From Mayamaea pseudoterrestris (taxonomy: Eukaryota): a stretch of 64,000 nt of DNA. The stretch is taken from contig BROI01000011.1 in NCBI GenBank assembly GCA_027923505.1, forward strand, positions 310,001 to 374,000. The letters are read 5' to 3'. Both the position numbers and the translations under genes were made by a program. The notes under the pieces were generated by a model that was given only the letters and a program-made list of their open reading frames with translations, did no database searches and was not told where the DNA came from. Positions 24,801 to 36,100 of the stretch are shown in pieces (the stretch's first letter is position 1; the number at the start of each line of letters is the position of its first letter).

Positions 24801-25235
24801 AGAAGGAGTCCAGGAGGCTACAGCACGTTTCTAGAGGACGCGCCAATCGTTCAATGCTCAAAGATGCAAGACTTTGTCACGCTGTCGCCCACGGAGGCGG
24901 AGTTAGTGGAGATGACGAACGGAGCGCGCGAGCTGTTGAGCCACAAGCGATTACTGGAGTCGATTGGATTACAAGTCGAGCTCCCAATGAAAGTTATAGG
25001 AGACAACAAGGGCGCGTTTGATCTAACGAACAATTGGTCGACGGCCGGCAAGACGCGTCATATTGACGTGCGATATTATTTCCTTCGAGAGTTGAAGGAG
25101 AAAAAGATTATAGACATTGAATGGATTGGAACCGACGACAATTGCGCCGATATCTTTACAAAGAATCTGGGCGTGAAGGCGTTTAACAAGCACGCAAAGG
25201 TGTTCGTCGGCGACGATGAGTACTTTGAAGATTAA
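21887..25235 (+). pseudogene. pol: Copia Pol (protease, integrase, RT, RNase H) broken by about six single-base indels as assembled
   Basis: Reconstructed LWFAD-TGA protease; HEEFGH...CVSC zinc site; integrase YLD, MDNAG and TPQQNHKAE; RT RARMAVRGFQQ, VDVRGAFL, VYGLIQA, HTDD; RNase H DSSYASD, SPTEAE, DNKGA, HIDVRYYFLRE, ADIFTK. Confidence 0.92.
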
Positions 25236-25256
25236 GTACATCGGATCAGAGGAGAG

Positions 25257-25526
25257 TGCTGAGAATCGGTGATTAAACAGGTGATCCTCAGTACTATGGC
25301 CTACATCCCAGGGCATTGGTAAAGATGCGGGATCGACTGGCTGCGTTGCAATGAACAGGACAGTTAGCTATAGAGACTCGGAGACACTCTTGGAGAGGTC
25401 AAGATTCCAAGAGTTACGGCGGTCGCTTAGGATAGAATAAGCTCACTCTTTTATAGCGGATCTTTTGCAAGCGAATAGGAGAGGTTTATATCGTAAATTA
25501 CAAGTACATTTGGAGCAATCTCAGCA
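25257..25526 (+). repeat. 3' LTR (270 bp)
   Basis: TG...CA ends with perfect 8-bp inverted termini TGCTGAGA/TCTCAGCA, preceded by the polypurine tract. Confidence 0.95.
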
Positions 25527-25577
25527 GGCACATCATCCAATGCAAGTTGCGACCAAAAATCTCAATATTGGACTCTC

Positions 25578-26714
25578 ATGTTTCCATTCCGAAGCAAGTC
25601 GCACGATTCGAGTGAGCAGACACCACTGCTTGTTGATATACATGCACGAACGGAACCACTGCTGCAGCAATTGGCACTCGAGCAAAGGTGCAAGCAGCAT
25701 TTTCTGACGAGCGTCGCCTGTCTGAGTTTCGTCTGCTCCCTGGCGAGTCTCGTAATGATGCTATATTATGGATCGAAACGAAATGATTACAATGAAAATG
25801 TTCCGTCTTCCTCGTCTTTTTGGCAATCGTCATCCAACAACAACACTACTCGTTACTCACACTGGTCAATGTGGACGAGCGCATTGACCAGCTGCCTCAT
25901 GGTGAGTCCACTCTTGGCGCTGCTGCAGCCAAAGCTGGTGCAACTCGAAGTGTGGAAACAAGGCGTTGCGGTGTATGCAAACGAGGTGAATCATTTGCAG
26001 CGCGACAACAAGATTCTCGCCAAGCAGGTGCAGCAGCGTCAGGATGCATTGACGCCGTGAGTAAAGAAACGCAATGAGTGATGTTGACATTTCTTGTGAG
26101 TGTTTATTAATAACGTTTTCTTACATCTACCATCTTGCTGACTCTTTTGCAGTTTGTCGGCCGTCGAGGAAGCTGTGGAAATACTGCAGTCGCTCGACGG
26201 CAACGAATCCATGGCAACGCTCGAGCAACGATTGTCAAACATGGAACGCTACTGGCGAGTATACAATGAAGGAAACGATGATGCTGTATCGTCTGACAAG
26301 GACAAGGACGACGATAATCATAGTTGTTACCACAAGGCAACCACGGAGCTCATGCAAACGTTGATTCAAGTGCTGGTTTCGGCTGCAAATACCACAGCAA
26401 CACGCGGCGGCGTCACGCGCTCAAATCGTGGCTACGACGACGACGATGACGACGTCTATTGCTTGCTGCTGAGCGACGCGGAACTGGATCAACTGGTGGC
26501 ATCGCTGTCCAGCATACGAAACGTTTGCGTGAATGGCGACGCACTCAAGCGACTCGTGGTGCAACATGGCCGCGGCGTTGCATCCGTCATGGAACTAATC
26601 AAGCAAGTCTTGCTGTACAATGAACATGATCCGCCCCATGAACATGCATTCTTCTACTTTGTGACGGAAAAAGAGGAGCAACAACGACACGTGAACGTTG
26701 CGAGGAGAAAATGA
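25578..26714 (+). CDS. Hypothetical two-TM coiled-coil protein; exons 25578-26056 and 26153-26714
   Basis: Intron 26057-26152 (GTGAGT...TTTTGCAG) joins the 160-aa and 186-aa ORFs in frame. Has an EQTPLL dileucine-like motif, two hydrophobic helices and a coiled coil. Confidence 0.7.
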
Positions 26715-26926
26715 TGGCGTAAATTGTACGTGCTGGATCAATGAGACGCAAAAGGGCGGCAAGCTGTGACTCGTTGTTGACGTTATTGAACGACGACCGA
26801 CAGTTAGTGAAATTACACAAACGTTTGCCAAAACTTCTTACAAATTGTAAACAACAAAAATCGTTAATATCTGTACAACTCTAAATTAGTGCTGCTCCGT
26901 CTCACTACACGTATCGTAGCAGCATC

Positions 26927-28531
26927 CTACTGTTCCGGCCCCTCCAGAAAGCCTTGAGCGACGCAGTACGGTTGCTGTCCCAGATTGGCAGCATCCGGAT
27001 GCATAATGGCTCCCACAATTCCTCCCGCCAGTATACACAGTGGCGCCGGAACGTTGAAGGCAACCGCCAGTGTCCCCGCAATGGCAAACACCATGGCGTC
27101 CGCCGCCGTGGATATTGCCGCCTCCCACAGCGTCACGCAGGCGGCTCCCACCAAACCAATCGCCGTCGCGTTGAGTCCCTTCAAAATCGCTCGAAACGTC
27201 ATGTTGTGCCGCAGCTTGCTCCAAAACGGCGTCACGGCGAAAATGAGCAACACGCCCGGCGCAAACAATCCGACAAACGCCAACAGCGCACCGGGAACGC
27301 CTTTATAGACGGCGCCAAGGTAGGCGGAAAAGTTGAAGAGTGGACCCGGCATGCTTTGCGCCAATCCGAGACCTTGAAAGAACTGTCCCTTGGTCATCCA
27401 TGACGGAACGACCTCGTTCTGCAGCATTGGTAGCACCACTTGTCCGCCACCGAATATAATGCTTCCGATGCGATACATGGTGGAGAAAATGTCCAAGTAG
27501 GCGTTATTGTCCGTTCCACCGCGATTCTCCAAAACAATGGAAACAATTAAAACGGCAATCCACAGTAATATCAACACTGCTCCCACCCAGAGTGGAATGC
27601 CAATGCGTCTAAAGGTATCATCCGACTCCTTTTCCCAGCCCGGCAGCGGCTTGTCGTAGGTGCCCGTCGGCTTGGTTCGCTTCGAGTCGATCAACGTGAC
27701 GAGCGCACCAATGGCCAGCGTCGTGGGAAAGACCCACTGACTGCTCGACGAGTCAATGTGTTCGTCATTGTTCAACAGCACGGCCACGAGGCAGCTAAAC
27801 AGCGCCAGCACTACGCCAATGGGAACATCCAGTTTCAGCGCGAACCCATAGAAAGCCTTGAACACGAGCGACACTGCCGCCGGCGGCAGTCCAATCAACC
27901 ACCACGGCGGTGAATTGGGATCGACAAAGGTGGCAATGAGCGTTCCACAAACAGTCAATACAATGAGTCCGGGCAATGACCACAGGCAAAACGCCAAGAC
28001 TCCCCCGAGCGGCCCCGCCCTCGCCAGTGCCGTCGAAACGACCAATTGCGTCGACGTTGCGCCCGGCAAGCCCTGGCCAATGGCAAAGAGTTCCAAGAAA
28101 GCTTCCTCGTCGAGCCACTCTTGACGCAACACTAAATGGTCGCGCAGTAAGGCCACGTGCGCCTGCGGACCGCCAAAGGCGACGAAACCGAGAATGAAAA
28201 ATGTGCGCGTGATTTCGTACATGCGGGTCGACCAGGGAGCGTCAATGGGAATGATGTTATAGGATGATATCTTCTTGTCGTCGTCTTCGTCTTCTTCTTC
28301 CTTGCTGCTCTCGTCGTCGTTCTCGACAACGGCAGCTTCCACGTCACCAGTGGCAGTCTCTGGTGAGATTCTGGTGTCTACCAAAGCCTGCTCCTCCTGC
28401 TTTTCCTCCTCGTCTTCTCCTCGTCGTCGTCGTCCTCTATCAGCATTTGCAGATTCAGTTACTTGTGGAGGCTCATTCGTTGAAAGGTCATCGTTGGCAT
28501 TGTCTCGTCGGTCGTCGTTTCCAAACGTCAT
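26927..28531 (-). CDS. chrA: Chromate ion transporter (CHR family, two-domain form)
   Basis: Two CHR repeats: LGFVAFGG...GQGLPG and IGSIIFGGG...AQSMPGP; many TM helices; acidic N-terminal extension. Confidence 0.92.
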   Translation of the reverse strand: MTFGNDDRRDNANDDLSTNEPPQVTESANADRGRRRRGEDEEEKQEEQALVDTRISPETATGDVEAAVVENDDESSKEEEDEDDDKKISSYNIIPIDAPWSTRMYEITRTFFILGFVAFGGPQAHVALLRDHLVLRQEWLDEEAFLELFAIGQGLPGATSTQLVVSTALARAGPLGGVLAFCLWSLPGLIVLTVCGTLIATFVDPNSPPWWLIGLPPAAVSLVFKAFYGFALKLDVPIGVVLALFSCLVAVLLNNDEHIDSSSSQWVFPTTLAIGALVTLIDSKRTKPTGTYDKPLPGWEKESDDTFRRIGIPLWVGAVLILLWIAVLIVSIVLENRGGTDNNAYLDIFSTMYRIGSIIFGGGQVVLPMLQNEVVPSWMTKGQFFQGLGLAQSMPGPLFNFSAYLGAVYKGVPGALLAFVGLFAPGVLLIFAVTPFWSKLRHNMTFRAILKGLNATAIGLVGAACVTLWEAAISTAADAMVFAIAGTLAVAFNVPAPLCILAGGIVGAIMHPDAANLGQQPYCVAQGFLEGPEQ

Positions 28532-29107
28532 TGCAGAATATCTTCTATCTCCGATATCCTTAACGCTGCGCTGTCCTAGGTAGTAGATCAGGAGAACAAG
28601 AGGTCTTGGACGAATCTTCCTTGATGCAGTGTCCAAAGCAGTGATGATTGTCTGTAAGTCGTGGCTCGGGCAGTGATGGTTTCGACGCTTTCCAGCGTGA
28701 CGGACCGGCGCGCAATTTTCATGATCGCAAAGAGAATCTGAAGATTCGTCATTGTGTACCGCTAAGACATGATGAGGAAATTGCTTCAAATGGCTATTAA
28801 AAGCGTGTACTCACAGTCAGTAGTGATCTGGTCTATGTGATACAAGATGAATAGGGGTAAAATATAAATGCAATTTGCTGTGGCATGTGTTACGAGTGAA
28901 GCTACAGATTGCTTTTCACAGGTACTGGCTCAGTAGCTAGCTTACGTATAGTGCATGCCCGTTGCGGATCAAGTCCCAGTCCGACATGAGAAACTGGATG
29001 AGCGGCATCGCTGATTGCATCACCATGGCGAAATTGCAGCAGCGGACGGAAACGCATTGACCCTTTTCTCGCCATCGTTTGCTGCAGCATTCAATTTTAC
29101 AAAAACC

Positions 29108-30718
29108 ATGAAGCAAGAAAACAAAGAAGAAGTCAAGTTGTATGACGGCGACTACTCATCACTCTTAAATCGCAGTTGCAGTCCTCCTCCACCAGATTGC
29201 GTGCTCAGCAGCAGCAGCATTGTCCTTCCACCGCCAGCTGCAGCGACACCTTCCACTCCAGTCGCAGCAATCAAGACTACGACAATGACGACTCCAAGCT
29301 CCGCCGTGGTTGCTGATTCCTATATTTCGTTTCAAGACTTGTTTCGACTCGCCTCCTTGACGCAAAATTCACTCGTTTTGACTGGAGCGCAAATCGTTGC
29401 ATCGGCGCGTCCTGGCTGCGCGACGCAGCTTCCAAGCATTTCGCAAGTTGCGTTAATGCAGAGTATTGGCAAGGCAAATCATGAGCAAGTCAATCAGGCG
29501 CTGGTGCAGCGGTTTCTCACAATGCGCGGCCGACATGGTGATTTTGCCGGCAGCTCGTCATTCTCCTTGTCTTTGTTGAGTCCAGTCAAGCTTGTCTCCA
29601 GCGCCGCGTCCGTCGTTGGAAGTATGTTTCACAATCATGCGCCAGAAGAGGCATCAGACGAGACGGACCGCAAAGTCAGCATGGACGATTGCTTGTTGAA
29701 TGTATCGCTCACCATTCAGTGCGTCGATTTGTTGGCGCGCATCATCCAGAAACACACGCACGAGGCGCAAGCTTTGTACGTTGTGGGGTCGCATGAGCAT
29801 TCGTGGAAGAAGTGGCTGCACTTAACGTTGGAGCAGCATCATGGTTCGGCGCAGCAGAAGGAGCTCATGGCGTTGATGCAACATTTGCCGCTGTCGCAGC
29901 TTGACGTTTTGTTTCGCATTTTGGAGCATGACAACGTATTGGAGCGAGTTGTGACTGCGTCTGATCAACACCCACACATTATTGTATTTGCGGACGCGAC
30001 TGGCAAGGCGGACAAGGATTTTTGCGTCACGCAGCTCAAGCTACAGTCGGCACTGTCGGATTTGGAGACTGCCATTGTCAAGACTCAACAGAGTCACGAC
30101 GAGTGTACCATGGATGCCAAACTCTGCAAGCACAAGCATCAAGACGACCAAGCCAAGCAGCACTTGCGACGCCGCAAGCTTTATGCGAATCGTTTGACTG
30201 ATTTGAAGAATCAGCAGCATACCGTCATTTCGTTGCTGCACAATTTGGAGAATGCGCGCCACACACCAGCAATTATGCAAGCCTTTGCGGCCACGACCAA
30301 GACGCTGCAGCAACTTCGCCTCAAGCCGTTCGGCGAAACGACCGCCAGTAACGAATCGGCGGAGGATATTTTGGATGATTGGGCGGATGAGATGGATCAC
30401 ATGAAGAATATCGACGAGGCGTTTGCTGCCGCGGCGGCGATTGGTTCTGGTATAGAGGCGTTGAATGATGACGACTTGCTGGCGGAATTGGAAGCCATGC
30501 CTGATCCAAGTGGAGGCGACAATAATGGTGGTACCGTGCTGGTGGAGGAGGAGCCAATGACGAGCGACGTGGCCCTGCCGGATGCGCCAAAGGAGGCGGA
30601 GGAGAGTGCCAAATTAAATGAGCTGGAAGAACAGCTGGCTAGTCTACAAGTCGTCGACGATGCGGCGAGTCAAAAGCCCGTTACTGAAACGGAGGAGTCC
30701 ACTCCGGTTGTCGCGTAG
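29108..30718 (+). CDS. CHMP7-like ESCRT-III protein (C-terminal Snf7 domain)
   Basis: Snf7-type coiled coil (AKQHLRRRKLY...LLHNLENA...IMQAF) and acidic DDDLLAELEAM tail, preceded by a long N-terminal region as in CHMP7. Confidence 0.7.
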   Translation: MKQENKEEVKLYDGDYSSLLNRSCSPPPPDCVLSSSSIVLPPPAAATPSTPVAAIKTTTMTTPSSAVVADSYISFQDLFRLASLTQNSLVLTGAQIVASARPGCATQLPSISQVALMQSIGKANHEQVNQALVQRFLTMRGRHGDFAGSSSFSLSLLSPVKLVSSAASVVGSMFHNHAPEEASDETDRKVSMDDCLLNVSLTIQCVDLLARIIQKHTHEAQALYVVGSHEHSWKKWLHLTLEQHHGSAQQKELMALMQHLPLSQLDVLFRILEHDNVLERVVTASDQHPHIIVFADATGKADKDFCVTQLKLQSALSDLETAIVKTQQSHDECTMDAKLCKHKHQDDQAKQHLRRRKLYANRLTDLKNQQHTVISLLHNLENARHTPAIMQAFAATTKTLQQLRLKPFGETTASNESAEDILDDWADEMDHMKNIDEAFAAAAAIGSGIEALNDDDLLAELEAMPDPSGGDNNGGTVLVEEEPMTSDVALPDAPKEAEESAKLNELEEQLASLQVVDDAASQKPVTETEESTPVVA

Positions 30719-30892
30719 TCGTCGTCGGTTCGAAGACGCCCGGTTGGCTTCCATTTTATGTCGGCATGAAGAATGTAGCTGACAATGTATATTCAAATAA
30801 TTTGCATATGTTTAAAAAGCTTCTTGTACCGTAGAAGTAGAACACTAACTACAAGTATACTGTTAACACATCGCACCAATATCGCTTACAAT

Positions 30893-32419
30893 CTAAACTT
30901 CCGCTTCGTCGACCCCAACATCAAGCGCACTCGCGGCTCCATACAAGTGTTCCGCCTCGGCCAGTTTAGCCGCCGTCGCAGCCGCATCATCCAGCGCCAA
31001 CGGATCGTGCACCAAATGATGATGATGGTGACTCGTTCCAGCATCTTCACTCATGACATGCATCTCCAAGTCGTCATGGTCGTCGTCGTCATGATGAAAC
31101 AGATTCTGTTGCTGCTGCTGCGACTTGCCAAACGACTCACCGGCCGCCACCGCCGCCGCAATGGCGTCTGGATCCGTCAAGCAAGCGTCTGCCGCATCCA
31201 GCATGCCAGCCTGCGAGTGACCATCCATGACGCTGGCGGCAAGGGCAGCCGCTGTTTCACTCGTCACGTGAGCTGGCAGTGGCGTAGGCCCTGCAATGTT
31301 TCCGTCATTTGACGAATGGTGAAAGCCGTCATCTGTGTTGTTACTCATATACTGTCCCATTTCCGACTCGCTTCCACCGGCGGAATCCAAACTCGTCTTG
31401 TGCGGCCTTTGCGAAACATAGTCATTCAAAGCGTTTCCGCCGCTCGCGACAAGTGGCGAAAAGGCAGCCGCCGCCGCCATGGAGGAACCATGCTGATTAT
31501 TTTGACGTTCGCTGCTATTTATGCGTCGTCGCTTGTTATTGCCGCTGCCGGCATCCAAACCATTTTCGTGATTATCACCACCACTATTACTCTTGATGCG
31601 CAACGTTTGCACCAGTTTCTTATTTTCCCGTCGATAACGCATGCGCCGCCAAATATTTTTGCGCAGCAACCAGTCGTGACCCTCCTTGCCCTTGCTGTAT
31701 TTTTGATTGTAGCAAAACTCTTGGCCGGGCTGTAGAGCCATCCACGTTTTGTAGGAGCGCGTGGCTTCCACGGCGCGTACGTCCATTTCGGCTTCGACCT
31801 GCGCGTCCGTGAGTGCGAGTGCGGATGCAAGCGTGGTAGTAGATGGAGCAGCGGCGGAAGCAGCTGCAGCAGCAGTTTTTCGCTTGATGGCAGACGCATT
31901 GTTGTTGCTGCCGGTAATCATGGCGGCATGCTGCAAGAGCAGCGGATTCAAGGGATTGCTGCTACTCGTGTCGCTCACATCACCGGAACTGTCATAGGTG
32001 CCTGTAGCAGCCGCAGTAGCGACTGTGTCATGGTTCGTTCCTGCGGCATCTTGTGGCTCGCTCTTGATGTTTGTAAGCGGCAAGTCGGAAGGCGCTGACG
32101 CTGCTTCTGCTGCAGCCTTTGGCACTTGCTGCTGCGCCACTGTATCATCATTACTATTACTACTATTAGCATTCTGCACTTTCTGTTGCTTGCGCGCCTG
32201 CTTTAACAGTTCATGGTCTCTAATATTGTTGCGCCGCGCAATCATGATGCGCCGCATGAGTCGCTCCTCGTCGTCGCCGTGCCCCTTGCAAAAGGTGCGG
32301 CAGGCGTACCGTAACGTTTCACCCACCTGCAGCTTGAGCCAGCGCGTGAAGGTGGGGGACTGACGAACAATGGTTTCGTCAAAGTCAAAAGGACGGGGTC
32401 CCATCTTGGGGCCAGGCAT
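30893..32419 (-). CDS. Hypothetical protein with two copies of a ~55-aa basic domain
   Basis: TFTRWLKLQVGETLRY...LMRRIMIARRNN aligns by eye with SYKTWMALQPGQEFCY...LRKNIWRRMRYRREN; NLS-like KRRR; Ala/His/acidic linkers. Confidence 0.75.
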   Translation of the reverse strand: MPGPKMGPRPFDFDETIVRQSPTFTRWLKLQVGETLRYACRTFCKGHGDDEERLMRRIMIARRNNIRDHELLKQARKQQKVQNANSSNSNDDTVAQQQVPKAAAEAASAPSDLPLTNIKSEPQDAAGTNHDTVATAAATGTYDSSGDVSDTSSSNPLNPLLLQHAAMITGSNNNASAIKRKTAAAAASAAAPSTTTLASALALTDAQVEAEMDVRAVEATRSYKTWMALQPGQEFCYNQKYSKGKEGHDWLLRKNIWRRMRYRRENKKLVQTLRIKSNSGGDNHENGLDAGSGNNKRRRINSSERQNNQHGSSMAAAAAFSPLVASGGNALNDYVSQRPHKTSLDSAGGSESEMGQYMSNNTDDGFHHSSNDGNIAGPTPLPAHVTSETAAALAASVMDGHSQAGMLDAADACLTDPDAIAAAVAAGESFGKSQQQQQNLFHHDDDDHDDLEMHVMSEDAGTSHHHHHLVHDPLALDDAAATAAKLAEAEHLYGAASALDVGVDEAEV

Positions 32420-33198
32420 TCTCGGAATGGTTAAATGTGAATGAAAAAAAGAGTATTTGGAGTGAAAATGTAGAGAGACAAGGAGATGCTAGTTTCGAGC
32501 TGTCTGGCTGGATGATTCTTGCGCAATACTGTCTACAGGACAAGGCAAGAAGCAAGCAATGAAATGACGAGATTCAAATGAGTTGAACATATCGTATGAT
32601 GTCACGAGAAGATTCGAGGCGGATTCGATTCTTCAATGCGAAGAAACGCCGCGACTGCAACGGAGCGGGTGAAAGGCTCACTCGCGCAGCATCTTTCGCA
32701 ACGCAACGTTTCTCGCCATGATCAATTTGTCATATTATGTTTTAGCGAGCGAACAAGTTTGCAATAGGTTTTGGTCCCTCCCAGACTACAACAGGTTCTT
32801 TCTTACCTCTTGGCCTTTTTGGATGCGCTTGTGTTGAAATGGAACAAGGAGGTGATGCGCGGGTGGCTCGGAACGAGTCGAAGCGTTTCGGCAAGGCTGG
32901 CGTGCGATTTTGTCGTAGATGACGTCATGAGATGGCTGGCGCGCAGTTATTACTGGTGCGACACACGAAAGATCCGTTTCTATGAATCGACTTCGGCATG
33001 GCAACTACCGTACACGCTACAACACATGCATAATAATGAGTAGGCGAACGATCCAATTTGACTATGCGCAAGCCACAGCTGACATACAGCGTCGTTAAAA
33101 ACGCCTGGACGCTCAGCGTCACGTTTAGAAAGCATTAAGTTGCTACGAAAACCACTACCGTACTACCGTCACGAATGATCCTAATCGTTAAAGTCGTG

Positions 33199-36100
33199 CT
33201 ACTTGTTTTTGCCCTTCTTCTTGTTCTTCTTCTTATTCTTCTTGCTGATTCCGTTACCATTTCCATTAGCCGGAGCCTTTGCAGCGCTGAATGTGCCTTC
33301 GCTGGGAGTGAACACGGGTGCCTTTGGATTCATGGCTGCGACTTTTTCGTCACTCTTTCCCTTGCCCTTGCCCTTTTGTGCCTTGGCCTTTGGCTTGCCC
33401 TTTGTTATGTTAGCCTTTCCGGTGGCTGGCAAATCGGTTTCCGCAACAAAATGCTTAGCTAGCACTGAGCGGAGCTGTCCGTGAAATTCCACCGAGCGCT
33501 GCAGGGTGGCTGCAAAGGCAGCCGTCGCAACACCAAGGCGCATGCACCTTGCAATCGCTGGCCCGTAGTTGAATATGAGGAACAAGGAGGGGTGCACGTC
33601 CTTCGCGAGCGGATTCAGCACGACTAGTGTCTCCGCGAGCGATTGCTCCGTATAGTCCGGGCCGAACGTATTCTTTCGCAAGTCTTCCGTTGCATAGTTG
33701 CTCCAGAGCTCCAGTACAGCGGGTAGGTTCGCTTCAGCACTGCTGTGAGATCTGATTGTCCTCCATGTAAAGTCGAGAGCGAGGTCGGCAAGCTCCAAAG
33801 CAAGTGACTGACGAAGAAAGCTCATCGCCTTGGTCACTGGAATAAAATCAAAGCGATAGTGCTCATGGAGAGCAACAGCGAGATCCGGCAGCCTGTTGTC
33901 AAAGGCAAGCCGCATGAGAGACAGATACTTTTCCGGAGAGATGGCGTGATACGCGCCTTGGCGCCCTAGGCGAGTGACAAGCTCGTGTAAATGGCACGTT
34001 TTTGTATTGTCGCTGGTTTGTACCCAAACAGGAAGCTCAATAACGCCCGCGTCGAGTGAGACTTCCAACAGCTCGAGCGAAACATCATTCGGCACATGCA
34101 GCGCAATCTGGTAGGAAAGGAATGCACGGAGAAGCCATTTACTCCCAGCTGTTTCTGAATTAGTGGCGCCGATAATAAGACGACAACCAAGTCGGCGACG
34201 ATTCGATTCCTCAAAAAGGCCACGAAATGCGGGGCGCGGCTCGCCATTGTTAAACGACGGCTCCGCTAATTCAATTATGTCGGTGAACAGACGCATCTGA
34301 ATCAAAATACTCTCAAGGTTGTTATCACTTAAGCTTTCCAGGTGACACATTATCGCCGCATTATTCTGGCCGTCTTGTTTTAAAGTGTGCTGAAGGAAAG
34401 TCTTGCACCAGTTGTCAAGACGCGTAAATGGAGCGTTCGCGTCAACCTTCCCTTTCCTCTTGCTTTTTTGCATCGCAGCAGAGCCAAGCGTAATTGCTTT
34501 CGCGCGACGTTCTAGCCCTTTCATAAAATTGGTTTTGTTTGCCGGATTCCATTTCTGCGACCCAGTGACAATCAACAAGCACCATGTTGTCAGACGGGTT
34601 GTGTAAATTTTGTCAAACAGCCATTCCCAACCGTCGGTTAATGAAGGCTTTAGCATAAGGACAAGTGCAAGCGTCTCACTCTTTGTCCATTCCTCAAGCC
34701 GCTTCCGCGCAAATTGAGCAGCATGTGGTGCATCTCCATGTGACAAGAACCACCGTACCGCTTCTATCAACTGGCCCGCAAACCGTGTCACCAGCACACC
34801 TGTTACTTCAAGCAAGAATTGCTCATTACCAAAATGATATAGCAACAATCGATCAGCTTTGGCAAAATCGAATGACCAAAGTATAACAGAACGACTGAGA
34901 TGCTTCGCACTTTCTGGAGCAAAGTTGAGTAATTCTTCGCTCGGAGAACCTTTAACTTGTGATTCTTGGAGCAGCTTCACGATGCGCAGAAAGCTCCTAA
35001 TTTTATCGTGTTTTGTTGGAATCGCTTGAGCAAGGCACATGTTGACACAGCGTTCAAGAACTGTGGCTGACTTTTTTGTTAGTACTCCTCGCTGTTCCAA
35101 CTCAGCAAGCTGCGACCATAAAATGGAAGTGGCACAATCAAAGTCATGGGCTCTTAAATAACAGTCCACGGCCTTATCAAGGCATTTTGCATCACGGTGG
35201 TAATCGCCAACAATTGCAGGCAATACAAATGTAACGTCTTCAAGATCTTTGGTGGACGAACCCTTTAAAATGCAGCGCAGCTTTACATTGTCCCTCTCTT
35301 TCGACCAAATGTCGCTCATGGATGGGCTCTTGACGTCTTCTATAGTCAAATTTGTCCAATGTCCGCACTTGAGCGCGAGAATGATATACATCCTTCGGTC
35401 CATAACGCTCGCTTGATTGTCTAATGACTTGATGATCACGTCAGCTTTGCTCGAGGGCCAACACGAGTGGCGCTGGGCCAGCTGCGCCAGGTTGACAACT
35501 TGCTCAAACTCTCGACGAGAACAAAATTCGTCCATGGCATATCCGCATGCAGATTCAGCTCCGTCTCTTCCTTGAGAAATCAAAAGCCGAAATAGTGCAT
35601 ATTGCGCCCAACCCAAATCGCCAGAAGTTTCAAAACAGCGATGAGCGAGTTCATACTGCCCATCTTCAAACATATCCAATCCTTGTTGCTTCCATTCCTC
35701 GGGATGTGTATCTGTATCAAACCCTCGAAGTATAGTGTCAGCGCCTGTCGTCTGGAACTTGTATTCCAGGCTATCAAAAAAGGTTCTCATGGCAGAATCT
35801 CGACTTGGAACAAGTATAACAACTCTTCTTCGTCCACGTGTAATTGCAACATAGAGCTCGCGTAGCATCCTCAGTGATTGTGCGTGACCTGCACTCGTAT
35901 TCCATGCCTTGCGATCTAAATCAAAGACTACAATGACATCGTCAAACTCCAAGCCTTTGGAGTCAAGGCTTGACAGGACGAACGGATGATTTCCAGTCCA
36001 ATCCCTCGCTCGCTGCTCCAACAAATCGCTCCCAGAAAAAATTAGCGCTTGCTGGGCCCCCAACTTTATGGGCTCTAAGAAAGCCGACTCCATACAGCAA

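Larger units (their letters stand above)
20509..25526 (+). mobile_element. Full-length Ty1/copia LTR retrotransposon (~5.0 kb)
   Basis: Two ~270-bp LTRs; domain order gag-PR-IN-RT-RNaseH; purine tract AGAGGAGAG at 25248-25256; GGCA on both flanks (20505-20508 and 25527-25530) as probable target-site duplication. Confidence 0.97.
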
